A program made the position numbers and the translations under genes. Under the pieces are notes generated by a model. It had not been told where the DNA came from and did not search any database. It saw only the letters and a list, made by a program, of their open reading frames with translations. This document shows, piece after piece, positions 1 through 8,477 of a stretch of DNA of 36,048 nt (its first letter is position 1; each line of letters starts with the position of its first letter). Origin of the DNA: a bacterium (GTDB lineage: Bacteria > SZUA-182 > DTGQ01 > JAFGSM01); NCBI GenBank assembly GCA_049472355.1, contig JBLIRP010000034.1, positions 1 to 36,048 on the forward strand. The letters are read 5' to 3'.

Positions 1-27
1 AGACCCCCGAAGCGCAGAAGGGTCTGA
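1..27 (+). CDS. rpsK: 30S ribosomal protein S11, 3' end (partial)
   Basis: Frame 1 reads RPPKRRRV*, the conserved S11 C-terminus, directly upstream of rpsD. Confidence 0.9.
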   Translation, partial: RPPKRRRV

Positions 28-43
28 GTCAAAAGGAGGTTAA

Positions 44-670
44 ATGGCACGATATCGAGAGTCAGTGTGTCGAATTTGCCGCAGAGAAGGAGAGAAGCTC
101 TTCCTCAAAGGGGAGCGCTGCTTCAAGGAAAAATGCGCCATAGAGAGACGAGGGTACCCGCCGGGGCAGCATGGGCAGAGGAGACAAAAGGTATCCGATT
201 ACGGAATGCAGTTGCGGGAGAAGCAAAAGGTCAAGAGGATGTACGGGCTGTTGGAAAAGCAGTTCCGCAACAACTTCTTCAAGGTGGAACGGCAGAAAGG
301 CATTACGGGTACAAACCTGCTCAGGCGGTTGGAGAGCCGTCTTGACAATGTTGTGTTTCGTCTCGGGTTTGCATGTTCGCGGAATCAGGCACGCCTGTTG
401 GTTACCCAAGGGCATTTCCTGGTAAATGGGAGAAAGGTCTCTATCCCTTCGTATCTCACAAGGCCTGGGGACAGTATCGAGGTAAAGGAAAAAAGCCGAA
501 AGATCGTTGCAATTCAAGAGAATATGGAAGCTGCACTACAGCGGGGCATACCGGGATGGCTGGAACTGGATGCAGAGAACTTTCGTGGTTCGGTTAAGGC
601 ACTTCCCACGAGGGAAGAGATCACTCATCCCATCCAAGAACAGATGATAGTTGAGTTATATTCCAAATAA
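44..670 (+). CDS. rpsD: 30S ribosomal protein S4 (Zn-binding Cys form)
   Basis: [38 protein letters not shown] and [22 protein letters not shown]. Confidence 0.99.
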   Translation: MARYRESVCRICRREGEKLFLKGERCFKEKCAIERRGYPPGQHGQRRQKVSDYGMQLREKQKVKRMYGLLEKQFRNNFFKVERQKGITGTNLLRRLESRLDNVVFRLGFACSRNQARLLVTQGHFLVNGRKVSIPSYLTRPGDSIEVKEKSRKIVAIQENMEAALQRGIPGWLELDAENFRGSVKALPTREEITHPIQEQMIVELYSK

Positions 671-706
671 AGGATCTGTTTTAATGCCTACGGAGGGCCT
701 ATTTTA

Positions 707-1786
707 ATGTCTTACACAGGTCTGCAAAAGCCTAAGAAGATTGAATGTGATCCCGGTACCTTAACCGATACCTATGGCGAATTCGTGGTAGAACCGTTCG
801 AGCGGGGCTTCGCCGTGACCATTGGCAATTCCTTGAGAAGGATCCTGTTATCGGGGCTTGAGGGAGCTGCCGTGACATCGGTCAAGATCGACGCGGCATT
901 GCACGAATTTTCGACGATCCCCGGGGTCATTGAGGACGTGACCGAGATCGTCCTCAACATCAAGCGGGTTCTTCTTAAACTTCACGGGAATGAGCCACGC
1001 ATGATCCGCATTGACAAGCAGGGCCCCGGCGACGTCAGGGCGTCCGACATCGTCTGCGAGTCCCATGTGGAGGTGCTCAATCCCGATCATCACATTGCGC
1101 GCCTGGACAAGGGGGGGGCATTGCAAATGGAGATGGAGGTACAGAGGGGAATTGGCTACGTACCCGCTGAAATAAATACCTCCGAGGACAAGGAGATCGG
1201 GGTCATCCCCATAGATTCCATCTTTTCCCCGGTGCTGAAGGCGAATTTCCGGGTGGAACATACCAGGCTCGGCCAAGCCACCGACTTTGAAAAGCTCATT
1301 CTCCAGATATGGACGGACGGGAGTATCAACCCCGGCGATGCCCTGTCACAGGCCGCAAAGATCCTCCAGGATTATTGCGTCATATTCGTCAGCGCATTCG
1401 AAGAGGCCTCGGCGGAGGAGACGGAAATCCCGCAACCTGTCGAGGATTCGCCCGTGTTCAATGAGAATCTCAAGAAGGCCATCGATGAACTGGACATCCC
1501 CCTCAGGGCAGCCAATTGTCTGAAGAACGCCGATATCAGGACCGTTGCCGAACTCGTACAGAGGAATGAAAACGATATCATGCAGATCAAGAACTTCGGC
1601 CGCAAGTCGCTCAACTCGCTGAAGGGTATACTTGCCGACATGGGGCTCCATTTCGGCATGGATCTGAGCAACCTGCCTGCCGAGGCGCGAAAGGTGATCG
1701 AGGACCGCAACCAGAGCGTCCGGGCAGCAGACGAGTTCTCCGTCGAGGAGGGAGAGGATCTATCGGAATCCGAGGTTAATGTATAA
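707..1786 (+). CDS. rpoA: DNA-directed RNA polymerase subunit alpha
   Basis: EPFERGFAVTIGNSLRRILLS and HEFSTIPGVIEDV; alpha-CTD RAANCLKNADI..KNFGRKSL; canonical position after rpsD. Confidence 0.99.
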   Translation: MSYTGLQKPKKIECDPGTLTDTYGEFVVEPFERGFAVTIGNSLRRILLSGLEGAAVTSVKIDAALHEFSTIPGVIEDVTEIVLNIKRVLLKLHGNEPRMIRIDKQGPGDVRASDIVCESHVEVLNPDHHIARLDKGGALQMEMEVQRGIGYVPAEINTSEDKEIGVIPIDSIFSPVLKANFRVEHTRLGQATDFEKLILQIWTDGSINPGDALSQAAKILQDYCVIFVSAFEEASAEETEIPQPVEDSPVFNENLKKAIDELDIPLRAANCLKNADIRTVAELVQRNENDIMQIKNFGRKSLNSLKGILADMGLHFGMDLSNLPAEARKVIEDRNQSVRAADEFSVEEGEDLSESEVNV

Positions 1787-1819
1787 CAGCCATGAATCAG
1801 GGATAAGGGTTTATCAACA

Positions 1820-2479
1820 ATGCGACATAGGGTAAACGGAAGGAAATTCGACAGAAACACCGGCTCGCGCAAGGCGCTGTTCCGCAATCTCGCCACCCAG
1901 GTGTTCAAGCATGATCGGGTGGTGACTACGCATGCAAGGGCAAAAGAGGTCAGGCGGATCGTGGAAAAGCTCATTACCAAGGCACGACGAGAGGACCTCC
2001 ACGCACGACGCCAGGTATTGAGGGTGGTGACCGATAAGTCGGCAGTGAAGCGTCTCTTCGACATCATTCTGGCCAAGGTATCCAACCGCACCAAGGGCGG
2101 GTACACCCGGATCGTGAAGCTGGGGAATCGCAAGGGGGATGACGCCCCTATGGCCCTGCTCGAGATCCTGGAGCCCGGCGCAACCTCGGGAAAGTCCCGC
2201 AAAAAGAAGGCAGGAAAAGGAAAGGCAAAGGGGAAGAAGGCGAAGGAAAAGGCCGCCCCCGCTGCAAAGGCCGCCCCTGCTGAAAAGGCCGCCCCTCCAG
2301 AGGAAGCCCCCGTAACGGAACCCACAGCGGCTGAAGCGCCTTCGGCGGAAGAAACCACACCTGCCCCGGGAGCGGAACCCCCTTCGGATAAACATGTCCC
2401 TGAGGAGCGATCCGCCGGAGAGGCCGAAACGGATGAGAACGAAGATCAGGAGGCTGAGGAAAAGCCGGACAAGGACTGA
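1820..2479 (+). CDS. rplQ: 50S ribosomal protein L17 with long low-complexity C-terminal tail
   Basis: MRHR..RKALFRNLA and GGYTRIVKLGNRKGDDAPMA; follows rpoA; about 100 extra K/A/P/E-rich residues. Confidence 0.98.
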   Translation: MRHRVNGRKFDRNTGSRKALFRNLATQVFKHDRVVTTHARAKEVRRIVEKLITKARREDLHARRQVLRVVTDKSAVKRLFDIILAKVSNRTKGGYTRIVKLGNRKGDDAPMALLEILEPGATSGKSRKKKAGKGKAKGKKAKEKAAPAAKAAPAEKAAPPEEAPVTEPTAAEAPSAEETTPAPGAEPPSDKHVPEERSAGEAETDENEDQEAEEKPDKD

Positions 2480-2498
2480 CAACACCTTCGACACAAAC

Positions 2499-2540
2499 GG
2501 GGGATACAATTTTCACACGAAAAGGGTATCCCCTTTTTTT
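2499..2540 (+). terminator. Rho-independent terminator of the alpha operon
   Basis: Hairpin GGGGATAC-aa-TTTTC-acac-GAAAA-gg-GTATCCCC followed by T7, 20 bp after the rplQ stop. Confidence 0.85.
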
Positions 2541-2672
2541 ATGCCGCACTTATTGCTCGATACTGTATACGGCTTCTTCTTAATGCCTCAAGGCATTGCT
2601 TTGTTCTTAGATCCGAAGCGAGCCATACAGGCAAAGATACATCAATTTATTCATTACGCATTGTGATCCTCT

Positions 2673-3518
2673 ATGTGTGATACGATTCTGCGCATCGACG
2701 ACCTGGGGCTGGATAGTGATGAGCATCCGGGCGCCCGGGCCATTCTCGGGGGCATCAGCCTCACGCAGGCAAAGGGGGAATGGCTCGCACTCGCCGGCCC
2801 GAACGGGGCTGGGAAGACAAGCCTGGGGCTCATCATAAAGGGCCTCATCCACCCGACCAGGGGCAGTATCCGCATGTTTTCCGATGATAGCGATGAGGAC
2901 CTTGCGCTCAGGAGAAATCGGGTGGGATTTCTCTTCTCAAATCCCCGTGACCAGGTCTGCGCATTGACCGTGCGGTCCGATATCGAGTTCGGCCCTCTCC
3001 ACCACGGTCTCTCCAGACGCGAGGCACGTACGAGGGCCGACCATGCACTCGATGCCCTGGGAATCGCCCACCTTGCCAACCACACGACCCATTCCCTGTC
3101 CGGAGGGGAGCTCCAGAAGGTGGCCCTTGCAGGGCTCCTTGCACTCAATCCCGACTACCTGGTCCTGGATGAACCATCCGCCTTTTTAGGCCATCGGGAG
3201 CGCGATGAGCTGCTCGCGCTGACACGGGGCCTGCATGCCTCGGGCATGAGCATCCTCCTTATCTCCACCGGATGGGAAGAGATCATGATGGCCGATCGGG
3301 TGGCGGTCCTTCATAACGGCGGTGTGTGCTGGTGTTCATCCCCCTCCGATCTCCTGTGCAACGAGACCGTCACGGCACGCGCAGGTCTTTGTCGGCCCGA
3401 AATGCTCGCCCTGGCCGAACGGCTTGAAGGCAGAGGCTTCGTGCTCCCCGCCGGCATTCACGAGGTGAATGGAATGGCCCGGGCACTGGTCGCACTCACC
3501 GGAAAGGGACGGGATTAA
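2673..3518 (+). CDS. ecfA1: Energy-coupling factor (ECF/CbiO-type) transporter ATPase A1
   Basis: Walker A GPNGAGKT, TVRSDIEFGP, LSGGELQKVALAG, LVLDEP; tandem ATPase pair after rplQ. Confidence 0.8.
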   Translation: MCDTILRIDDLGLDSDEHPGARAILGGISLTQAKGEWLALAGPNGAGKTSLGLIIKGLIHPTRGSIRMFSDDSDEDLALRRNRVGFLFSNPRDQVCALTVRSDIEFGPLHHGLSRREARTRADHALDALGIAHLANHTTHSLSGGELQKVALAGLLALNPDYLVLDEPSAFLGHRERDELLALTRGLHASGMSILLISTGWEEIMMADRVAVLHNGGVCWCSSPSDLLCNETVTARAGLCRPEMLALAERLEGRGFVLPAGIHEVNGMARALVALTGKGRD

Positions 3519-4342
3519 TGGGGCTGGTGTTCGAGGATGTGTGCTTTGACTATGAGAACGACCATGCCCCTTATCTTCTCGAGCATGTATCCCTCACCGT
3601 CTCCGCGGGAAGCGTCCTGGGCGTATTCGGCCCGAGCGGCTCGGGCAAGACGACCCTTGCCCTCCTGGCGGCCGGCCTCCTGAATCCCCGTTGCGGAAGG
3701 GTCCTGGTGGACGGCTATCCCCCTCGCCGCCCGGGGACCAGCGTGTGCATGGCATTCCAGATCCCCGAGGACATGTTCCTGCGGGACTCCGTCTGCGACG
3801 AAATGGTAGGAACCTTACAGGAGAAGGGTCAGCAGAGAGAGGATGCCGCACAGCGTGCCCGTCAGGCAATCGTATGGGCGGGGCTTGAGCCGAAGGCCCT
3901 CTGGACCCGGCACCCCCTTCACCTGAGCCACGGGGAACTGCGGCGTCTCAGCCTTGCCCTGGTCTGGGAGCAGGACTGGGACGTATTGATTCTGGACGAA
4001 CCGACGGCGGGCCTGGAATGCCGGGTAAAGAGGGGAATGATGGAGGACATCGCCCGGCGCTGCCACTGCGAGGGGAAGATCGTGGTCATTGCCGGCCATG
4101 ACACCCCGCTCCTTCTCCCCCTCATCGATTACGGGATCGTGCTGCAGGGAGGAAAAATCCTCACCAGGGGAAGTCGCGAAGGGCTCCTGGAACATCACGA
4201 GATGGTTACCGCAGCGGGGCTCTCCCTCCCCCCGATGGCGGATCTGGCAATTACGCTGAAGGATGCCGGGTTGCCCATACACCGTATCTGGCTTGATTGC
4301 GAGCAGGCGTCAGAGGATATCGCGGCAATGCTTTCGGAATGA
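3518..4342 (+). CDS. ecfA2: ECF transporter ATPase A2
   Basis: GPSGSGKTT, FQIPED, P..LSHGELRR, LILDEPTAGL; C-terminal GLSLPPM motif; TAATG overlap with ecfA1. Confidence 0.8.
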   Translation: MGLVFEDVCFDYENDHAPYLLEHVSLTVSAGSVLGVFGPSGSGKTTLALLAAGLLNPRCGRVLVDGYPPRRPGTSVCMAFQIPEDMFLRDSVCDEMVGTLQEKGQQREDAAQRARQAIVWAGLEPKALWTRHPLHLSHGELRRLSLALVWEQDWDVLILDEPTAGLECRVKRGMMEDIARRCHCEGKIVVIAGHDTPLLLPLIDYGIVLQGGKILTRGSREGLLEHHEMVTAAGLSLPPMADLAITLKDAGLPIHRIWLDCEQASEDIAAMLSE

Positions 4343-4421
4343 TCCTGTGATATGTCATAAACTGATTACCCTCGCCAACCCTCTGCGTTACACACCGATA
4401 GGTAATTTCGTTCTTCATGCA

Positions 4422-5183
4422 TTAGTTGTTCAGGCTGAACATCAATGCCGCCTTTCTGTTCCGCAGGGATTGACGCAGCTTGTTGAGCCCCTCGTTGTGG
4501 TGGGTGGAGACCGTGGATTCGGCCAGCCCCAGCATTTGCCCCACCTCTTTCATCGTATAATCATCCCAGTAATAGAGGGCAAGAACCTGGCGCTGCTTTT
4601 CGGGCAGATCTCCCATCGCCTGTTCGATGATCGCCTTGAGCTCGTGCATGGTGAGATCCTCGATCATCCGCTTGTCCGAGTCGTCCGAAAGAAGGTTGAG
4701 GAAGCTGCACCCGTCCTCGGCATTCCCCATCATTTCGTCGATATCCTCGATGTGGACCAGGGTGGCTCCGTGGACCTGATTCTTTATCTCATAGAACTGC
4801 TCCAGTCCCATGTGAAGGTGCGAGGCCACCTCCTCGTCGCTGATCGCCCTTCCGTATCGTTGCTCCAGCCCCAGGATGGTTTGTTCCACCATCTTTGCCT
4901 TGTTCCTGACCGACCGGGACACGAAATCCATCCCCCGCAATTCATCCATGATCGCGCCCCGTATGCGGAACTTGGCGTAATTGCTGAACCGCTTCTGCTT
5001 GGATGGATCGTATTTTTGGGCGGCATCGATGAGCCCCATGATTCCCGCCTCCATCAGATCGTTCATATCAATGGATGCTGGGAGATAGTCGAGGATATTC
5101 GCGGCGATATTCTTTACCAGAAAGATGTGGTTCAGTATCAAATCCTTTTGTTCTTCCGTTTCAATTTGATGCATTTTTTTCAC
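4422..5183 (-). CDS. fliA: RNA polymerase sigma factor, FliA/WhiG (sigma28) family
   Basis: DLMEAGIMGLIDAAQKYDPS, FSNYAKFRIRGAIMDELR.MDFVSRSVR; region 4 LYYWDDYTMKEVGQMLGLAESTVS. Confidence 0.92.
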   Translation of the reverse strand: MKKMHQIETEEQKDLILNHIFLVKNIAANILDYLPASIDMNDLMEAGIMGLIDAAQKYDPSKQKRFSNYAKFRIRGAIMDELRGMDFVSRSVRNKAKMVEQTILGLEQRYGRAISDEEVASHLHMGLEQFYEIKNQVHGATLVHIEDIDEMMGNAEDGCSFLNLLSDDSDKRMIEDLTMHELKAIIEQAMGDLPEKQRQVLALYYWDDYTMKEVGQMLGLAESTVSTHHNEGLNKLRQSLRNRKAALMFSLNN

Positions 5184-5246
5184 CTTTCTCTGTCCTTTCT
5201 TGTTCCCCCTCGAAGGCGAGGCCCCGAGGGTGTTAGCAATGTTTCC

Positions 5247-6557
5247 TCAATAGGTATGTTCAATCGTTGCCTTTTTCTCGCGCGATAGGGACCTTTGGGT
5301 GAAATCCGCGGACGGCTTGCTTACCGCTGCGGGTGCATCCCCCGCAACAAGGGACTGCGGCAGGATGATGGTAAAGGTCGACCCCAGACCGGGCTCGCTT
5401 TCCAGCCAGATATCACCGCCATAGGGTCTCAAAAGCTCAAGGCAGGAGTGCAAACCGAGACCGTACCCGACACGCTGGGACTTTACCGCATCGCCGGTGG
5501 AGGCCTTTGTGGTGAAGAATGGTTCGAACACCTTTTCCTTGAGGTGCTCGGGGATCCCAATTCCGGTATCCTTCACGCTGATGTAAATCTGTTCCTTATC
5601 CTGGTAGGTGGTGATGGCGATCTCTTTTACCTGGGAGTCATACATCGCCTCGATGGCGTTCTTGACCAGATTGTCCAAGACCTGACTCAAATGGCTGTAC
5701 ACCATGTTTATTGTTTTCAGCGAGGGATCCAGGTCGTAGTTCTTTTTCACCTGATGCTTGAAGTAGAGGTCGGATTTAAAGAATTCCATCTCCTGGATGA
5801 TCATGTTGTTGATATCCAGCGAGCTCGGGGTGACCTCTCTCTCCATACTCGATTTTTTGAGGATGTTCTCCACGATTTGAAAGATCTTCTGGGAATTCTG
5901 GTAAATCGCTGTTACGTCCTGACTGAAACGCCCGAGGACCTCCAGGATCTCCTTGCGAAAGGGGTCCTGGGCCGAGTCCTCCTCGTGCATCCTCTCGATC
6001 TGATTCATCTCCGCCTGCAGCAGCTCCGCCCGCCCCGCTATGACCGTGAGTGGATTGAGTATATTGTGCACGACCCCCTGCACGGAGTTGCCGATAATGG
6101 CCTGCTTCTCCGCATGAATGAGTCGCTGCGTCCGCACCTCGACCGTTCGTTCCAGGTTTTTCCGGTGCAGCAGGTCCTTCAGCCTGAGGCTGATCATCTC
6201 TTTTGCACGACTGAGCGAAAGATAGAGAAGCTCCGGCTCGATCGGCTTGAGCAGAAAGTCACAGGCCTGATACTTGATCGCCTTGATGGCGATGTCGATG
6301 CGGTCGCAGCCGGTCATAACGATCATCTCCGCCACGCTGTTTCTCTTTTTGGCCTCCTTGAGTATCTCCAGCCCATCGATATCCGGAAGCAGGATATCAA
6401 CGAGCCCGAGATAGAATTTCTTCCTCTGTATCTGGGCCATCGCCTCCTGCCCCGTCAGGCACGTGACCGGTCGATACCCCTTTTTCTTCAGAATGATTCC
6501 CAGAAGTCTCAGGACCTCGGGTTCATCATCGACGACCAGGACCCTATCTATACGCAT
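5247..6557 (-). CDS. Hybrid REC-histidine kinase (REC-HisKA-HATPase), cytoplasmic
   Basis: VLVVDDE..LVDILLPDIDG..FLLKP receiver; H-box VVHNILNPL; N-box NLVKNA; DTGIGI, FEPFFTTK, GYGLGL. Confidence 0.93.
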   Translation of the reverse strand: MRIDRVLVVDDEPEVLRLLGIILKKKGYRPVTCLTGQEAMAQIQRKKFYLGLVDILLPDIDGLEILKEAKKRNSVAEMIVMTGCDRIDIAIKAIKYQACDFLLKPIEPELLYLSLSRAKEMISLRLKDLLHRKNLERTVEVRTQRLIHAEKQAIIGNSVQGVVHNILNPLTVIAGRAELLQAEMNQIERMHEEDSAQDPFRKEILEVLGRFSQDVTAIYQNSQKIFQIVENILKKSSMEREVTPSSLDINNMIIQEMEFFKSDLYFKHQVKKNYDLDPSLKTINMVYSHLSQVLDNLVKNAIEAMYDSQVKEIAITTYQDKEQIYISVKDTGIGIPEHLKEKVFEPFFTTKASTGDAVKSQRVGYGLGLHSCLELLRPYGGDIWLESEPGLGSTFTIILPQSLVAGDAPAAVSKPSADFTQRSLSREKKATIEHTY

Positions 6558-7384
6558 CGCACCTTTCCTCCCGGCTGCACATGAAATATGCGGCCTTTAC
6601 TCGGGTAAAGGTTGTCGTCCAATCGGGCAAAACTGTAGGGAGGCCATGGACCGCTGAGCTGGGGAATGTAGCCGTCCTCTCCCTGGATCTCCTCGAGCGC
6701 CTGTTTCACCTCTGTAATCTGCTCATCCGAGAGGAGGCAGGATATATTCAGCAGCATTCTCCTGTCCGCATCCCCCCCGGTGATCTGTTCGATCTGAAAA
6801 TCATTCAGATAGGGACGGACGCGATCCAGAAGGGTACGGGATGCCTGAACGATCTCCTTGGCAATGCACCGCTGCAACAGGCTCCGCTGCTTGTCCTTGA
6901 AGGCGCATGCAGCCTCGCCGCCGGCGCCGGCGATCATTTTCTCCATGACCCGCACCTGGGTATTGTTTCTGGCCACCCTCTTCATGAGCCCGTCATTGGG
7001 CCAGAAGATCTGAATGCCGTATTCCGCCTTGTCCTTGAGGTCTTCAAACCGCTCCTGGATGTGATCGTAGATATCATGTATCCATGCCTTCACCTTTTTG
7101 CCGGCATCTTCCTCATCCTCGCCCCGAATGATGCTCCCGAATCTCAGGGGGATGAGGGTCCCAAAGCATTGCCACGCCTCCTCCACCACCTTGTGATGGA
7201 TCATTGCCCAGTCAATGACCTTGTTTGCATCATCCACCTGAAAGGAATCGACCTCGCAGGGATGCATCAGGGCCATGATCTCCTTGCAGGTGATGCTTTG
7301 CACCGTCCGGTCATCCAGGCCGCTGGCCTTGAATTTGGACGAATTTCCCTTCTTTGTCAGGCAGTAAATATATATGCCGTCCAC
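6548..7384 (-). CDS. GvpL/GvpF family gas vesicle protein
   Basis: GIYIYCL N-terminus, HHKVVEEAW..TLIPLRFG, KAEYGIQIFW, MLLNISCL, LSGPWPPYSF. Confidence 0.9.
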   Translation of the reverse strand: MDGIYIYCLTKKGNSSKFKASGLDDRTVQSITCKEIMALMHPCEVDSFQVDDANKVIDWAMIHHKVVEEAWQCFGTLIPLRFGSIIRGEDEEDAGKKVKAWIHDIYDHIQERFEDLKDKAEYGIQIFWPNDGLMKRVARNNTQVRVMEKMIAGAGGEAACAFKDKQRSLLQRCIAKEIVQASRTLLDRVRPYLNDFQIEQITGGDADRRMLLNISCLLSDEQITEVKQALEEIQGEDGYIPQLSGPWPPYSFARLDDNLYPSKGRIFHVQPGGKVRCV

Positions 7385-7397
7385 AAAACCTCCTTGA

Positions 7398-8042
7398 TCA
7401 TGTACACGTTGAGTTCAGTACGTGCTCCCTCGATGTCCGTCCCAGAGTCTGATGCAGATCCAGCGTGAAAAAGCTGTGGGGAGGGAGCGGCTCGGACAAC
7501 CGCAGATCGATCCTGTCGCCTAACCGCTTACCCAACTCCTCCTTGAGCGTGGTGAATGTCTCCTGCTCCTCAGGTGACATTAAAATAGAGAGGTGAAAGC
7601 AAATGACCTGATTGATCGGTTCGTGAACCTTGAATTCATACCCCTTGTTTTCAAGCGCCTCAAAGATGTTGTGCTCGATGTTTCCTACCTCTTCCTTCCA
7701 GATCCCCATGAGATCGTATTCCGCCTTGTCCTGCGCATATGAAAGGAGTGACCTGAATCGTTGGGCACCCTCTTTGAGAATGGTGGAGATCTCCCTTTTC
7801 GTCTTTGCTATTGTTCCGAATCGAACGGGCAGGATGTTCCGATTGATTCCCGCCCTCTCCAGGATTATCTGATAGTTGAACAGGGCATCCACCCGTTCGA
7901 ACGGCATAAGCTGGCCGATATTGGAAACAGTTGAGTGGATGACTGCCGCTGCGAGGTTTTCATAGGTCACAAGGACATAGTCCCCCAACTGAGCCCCGAT
8001 GTCCCCTTCCGGTGACCACAAAATGGCCACGATCTGCCACAT
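7398..8042 (-). CDS. GvpL/GvpF family protein (shorter, divergent)
   Basis: YENLAAAV, ILPVRFGTIA, KAEYDLMGIW, PLPPHSF; AAGGAGG RBS; central helical segment shorter than in the neighbour. Confidence 0.8.
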   Translation of the reverse strand: MWQIVAILWSPEGDIGAQLGDYVLVTYENLAAAVIHSTVSNIGQLMPFERVDALFNYQIILERAGINRNILPVRFGTIAKTKREISTILKEGAQRFRSLLSYAQDKAEYDLMGIWKEEVGNIEHNIFEALENKGYEFKVHEPINQVICFHLSILMSPEEQETFTTLKEELGKRLGDRIDLRLSEPLPPHSFFTLDLHQTLGRTSREHVLNSTCT

Positions 8043-8206
8043 TGGATGCCCCCCTCCTTATTTAAGGTTTTCATGCAGTGAATCGATGCCGGTCGAACAA
8101 GAGCTTGTTCACAAATTGATCCTTACAAGAGCGAATCTCACAATAACAACGTATTATGAATCAACTTTATAAGGAGACTTGATCACAGGATTTTGTTCAA
8201 AAATAA

Positions 8207-8223
8207 AGCAAGCCCGGTGCCAA
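8207..8223 (-). promoter_or_regulatory. sigma54 (-24/-12) promoter
   Basis: Minus strand reads TTGGCAC-CGGGC-TTGCT, an exact match to TGGCAC-N5-TTGC(A/T), about 165 bp upstream of the 8042 start. Confidence 0.9.
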
Positions 8224-8309
8224 TCCATGGCATGGGGGGAATGAGTTTTGTATCTTATTGTAAATAAAGGAAATTAATCGATTGGCGTGAAGGGGATAGG
8301 GGGTAAACA

Positions 8310-8402
8310 TTGGGTATTTGGTTCCATATATATGGAATTTATGCCCTATCTATGGAACTGAATGGATAAAATTTACCGGAAAGTATGGAAAGCAATCCTA
8401 TA
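8310..8402. promoter_or_regulatory. Candidate upstream activator sequences (TATGGAA / TTCCATA repeats)
   Basis: Palindrome TTCCATATATATGGAA (8322-8337); TATGGAA also at 8351 and 8384; about 90-180 bp upstream of the sigma54 box, with an AT-rich tract between. Confidence 0.55.
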
Positions 8403-8477
8403 ATTGAACATATACTGACGATTATTGAACAGGTGTATTCTTGTGCGCAGCCCTCTTGACCGCATAATATCAACCGA

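Noticed and set aside
1372..2509. Long antisense ORFs over rpoA/rplQ (and similar ones such as 5295-6584, 25526-27379, 31159-32556)
   Set aside because: Shadow frames of well-supported GC-rich genes; no recognisable motifs.
8095..8110. Palindrome GAACAAG-AG-CTTGTTC in the gvpF/L leader as a LexA (Cheo) box
   Set aside because: Spacing is GAAC-N8-GTTC rather than N4; it may just be an RNA hairpin.
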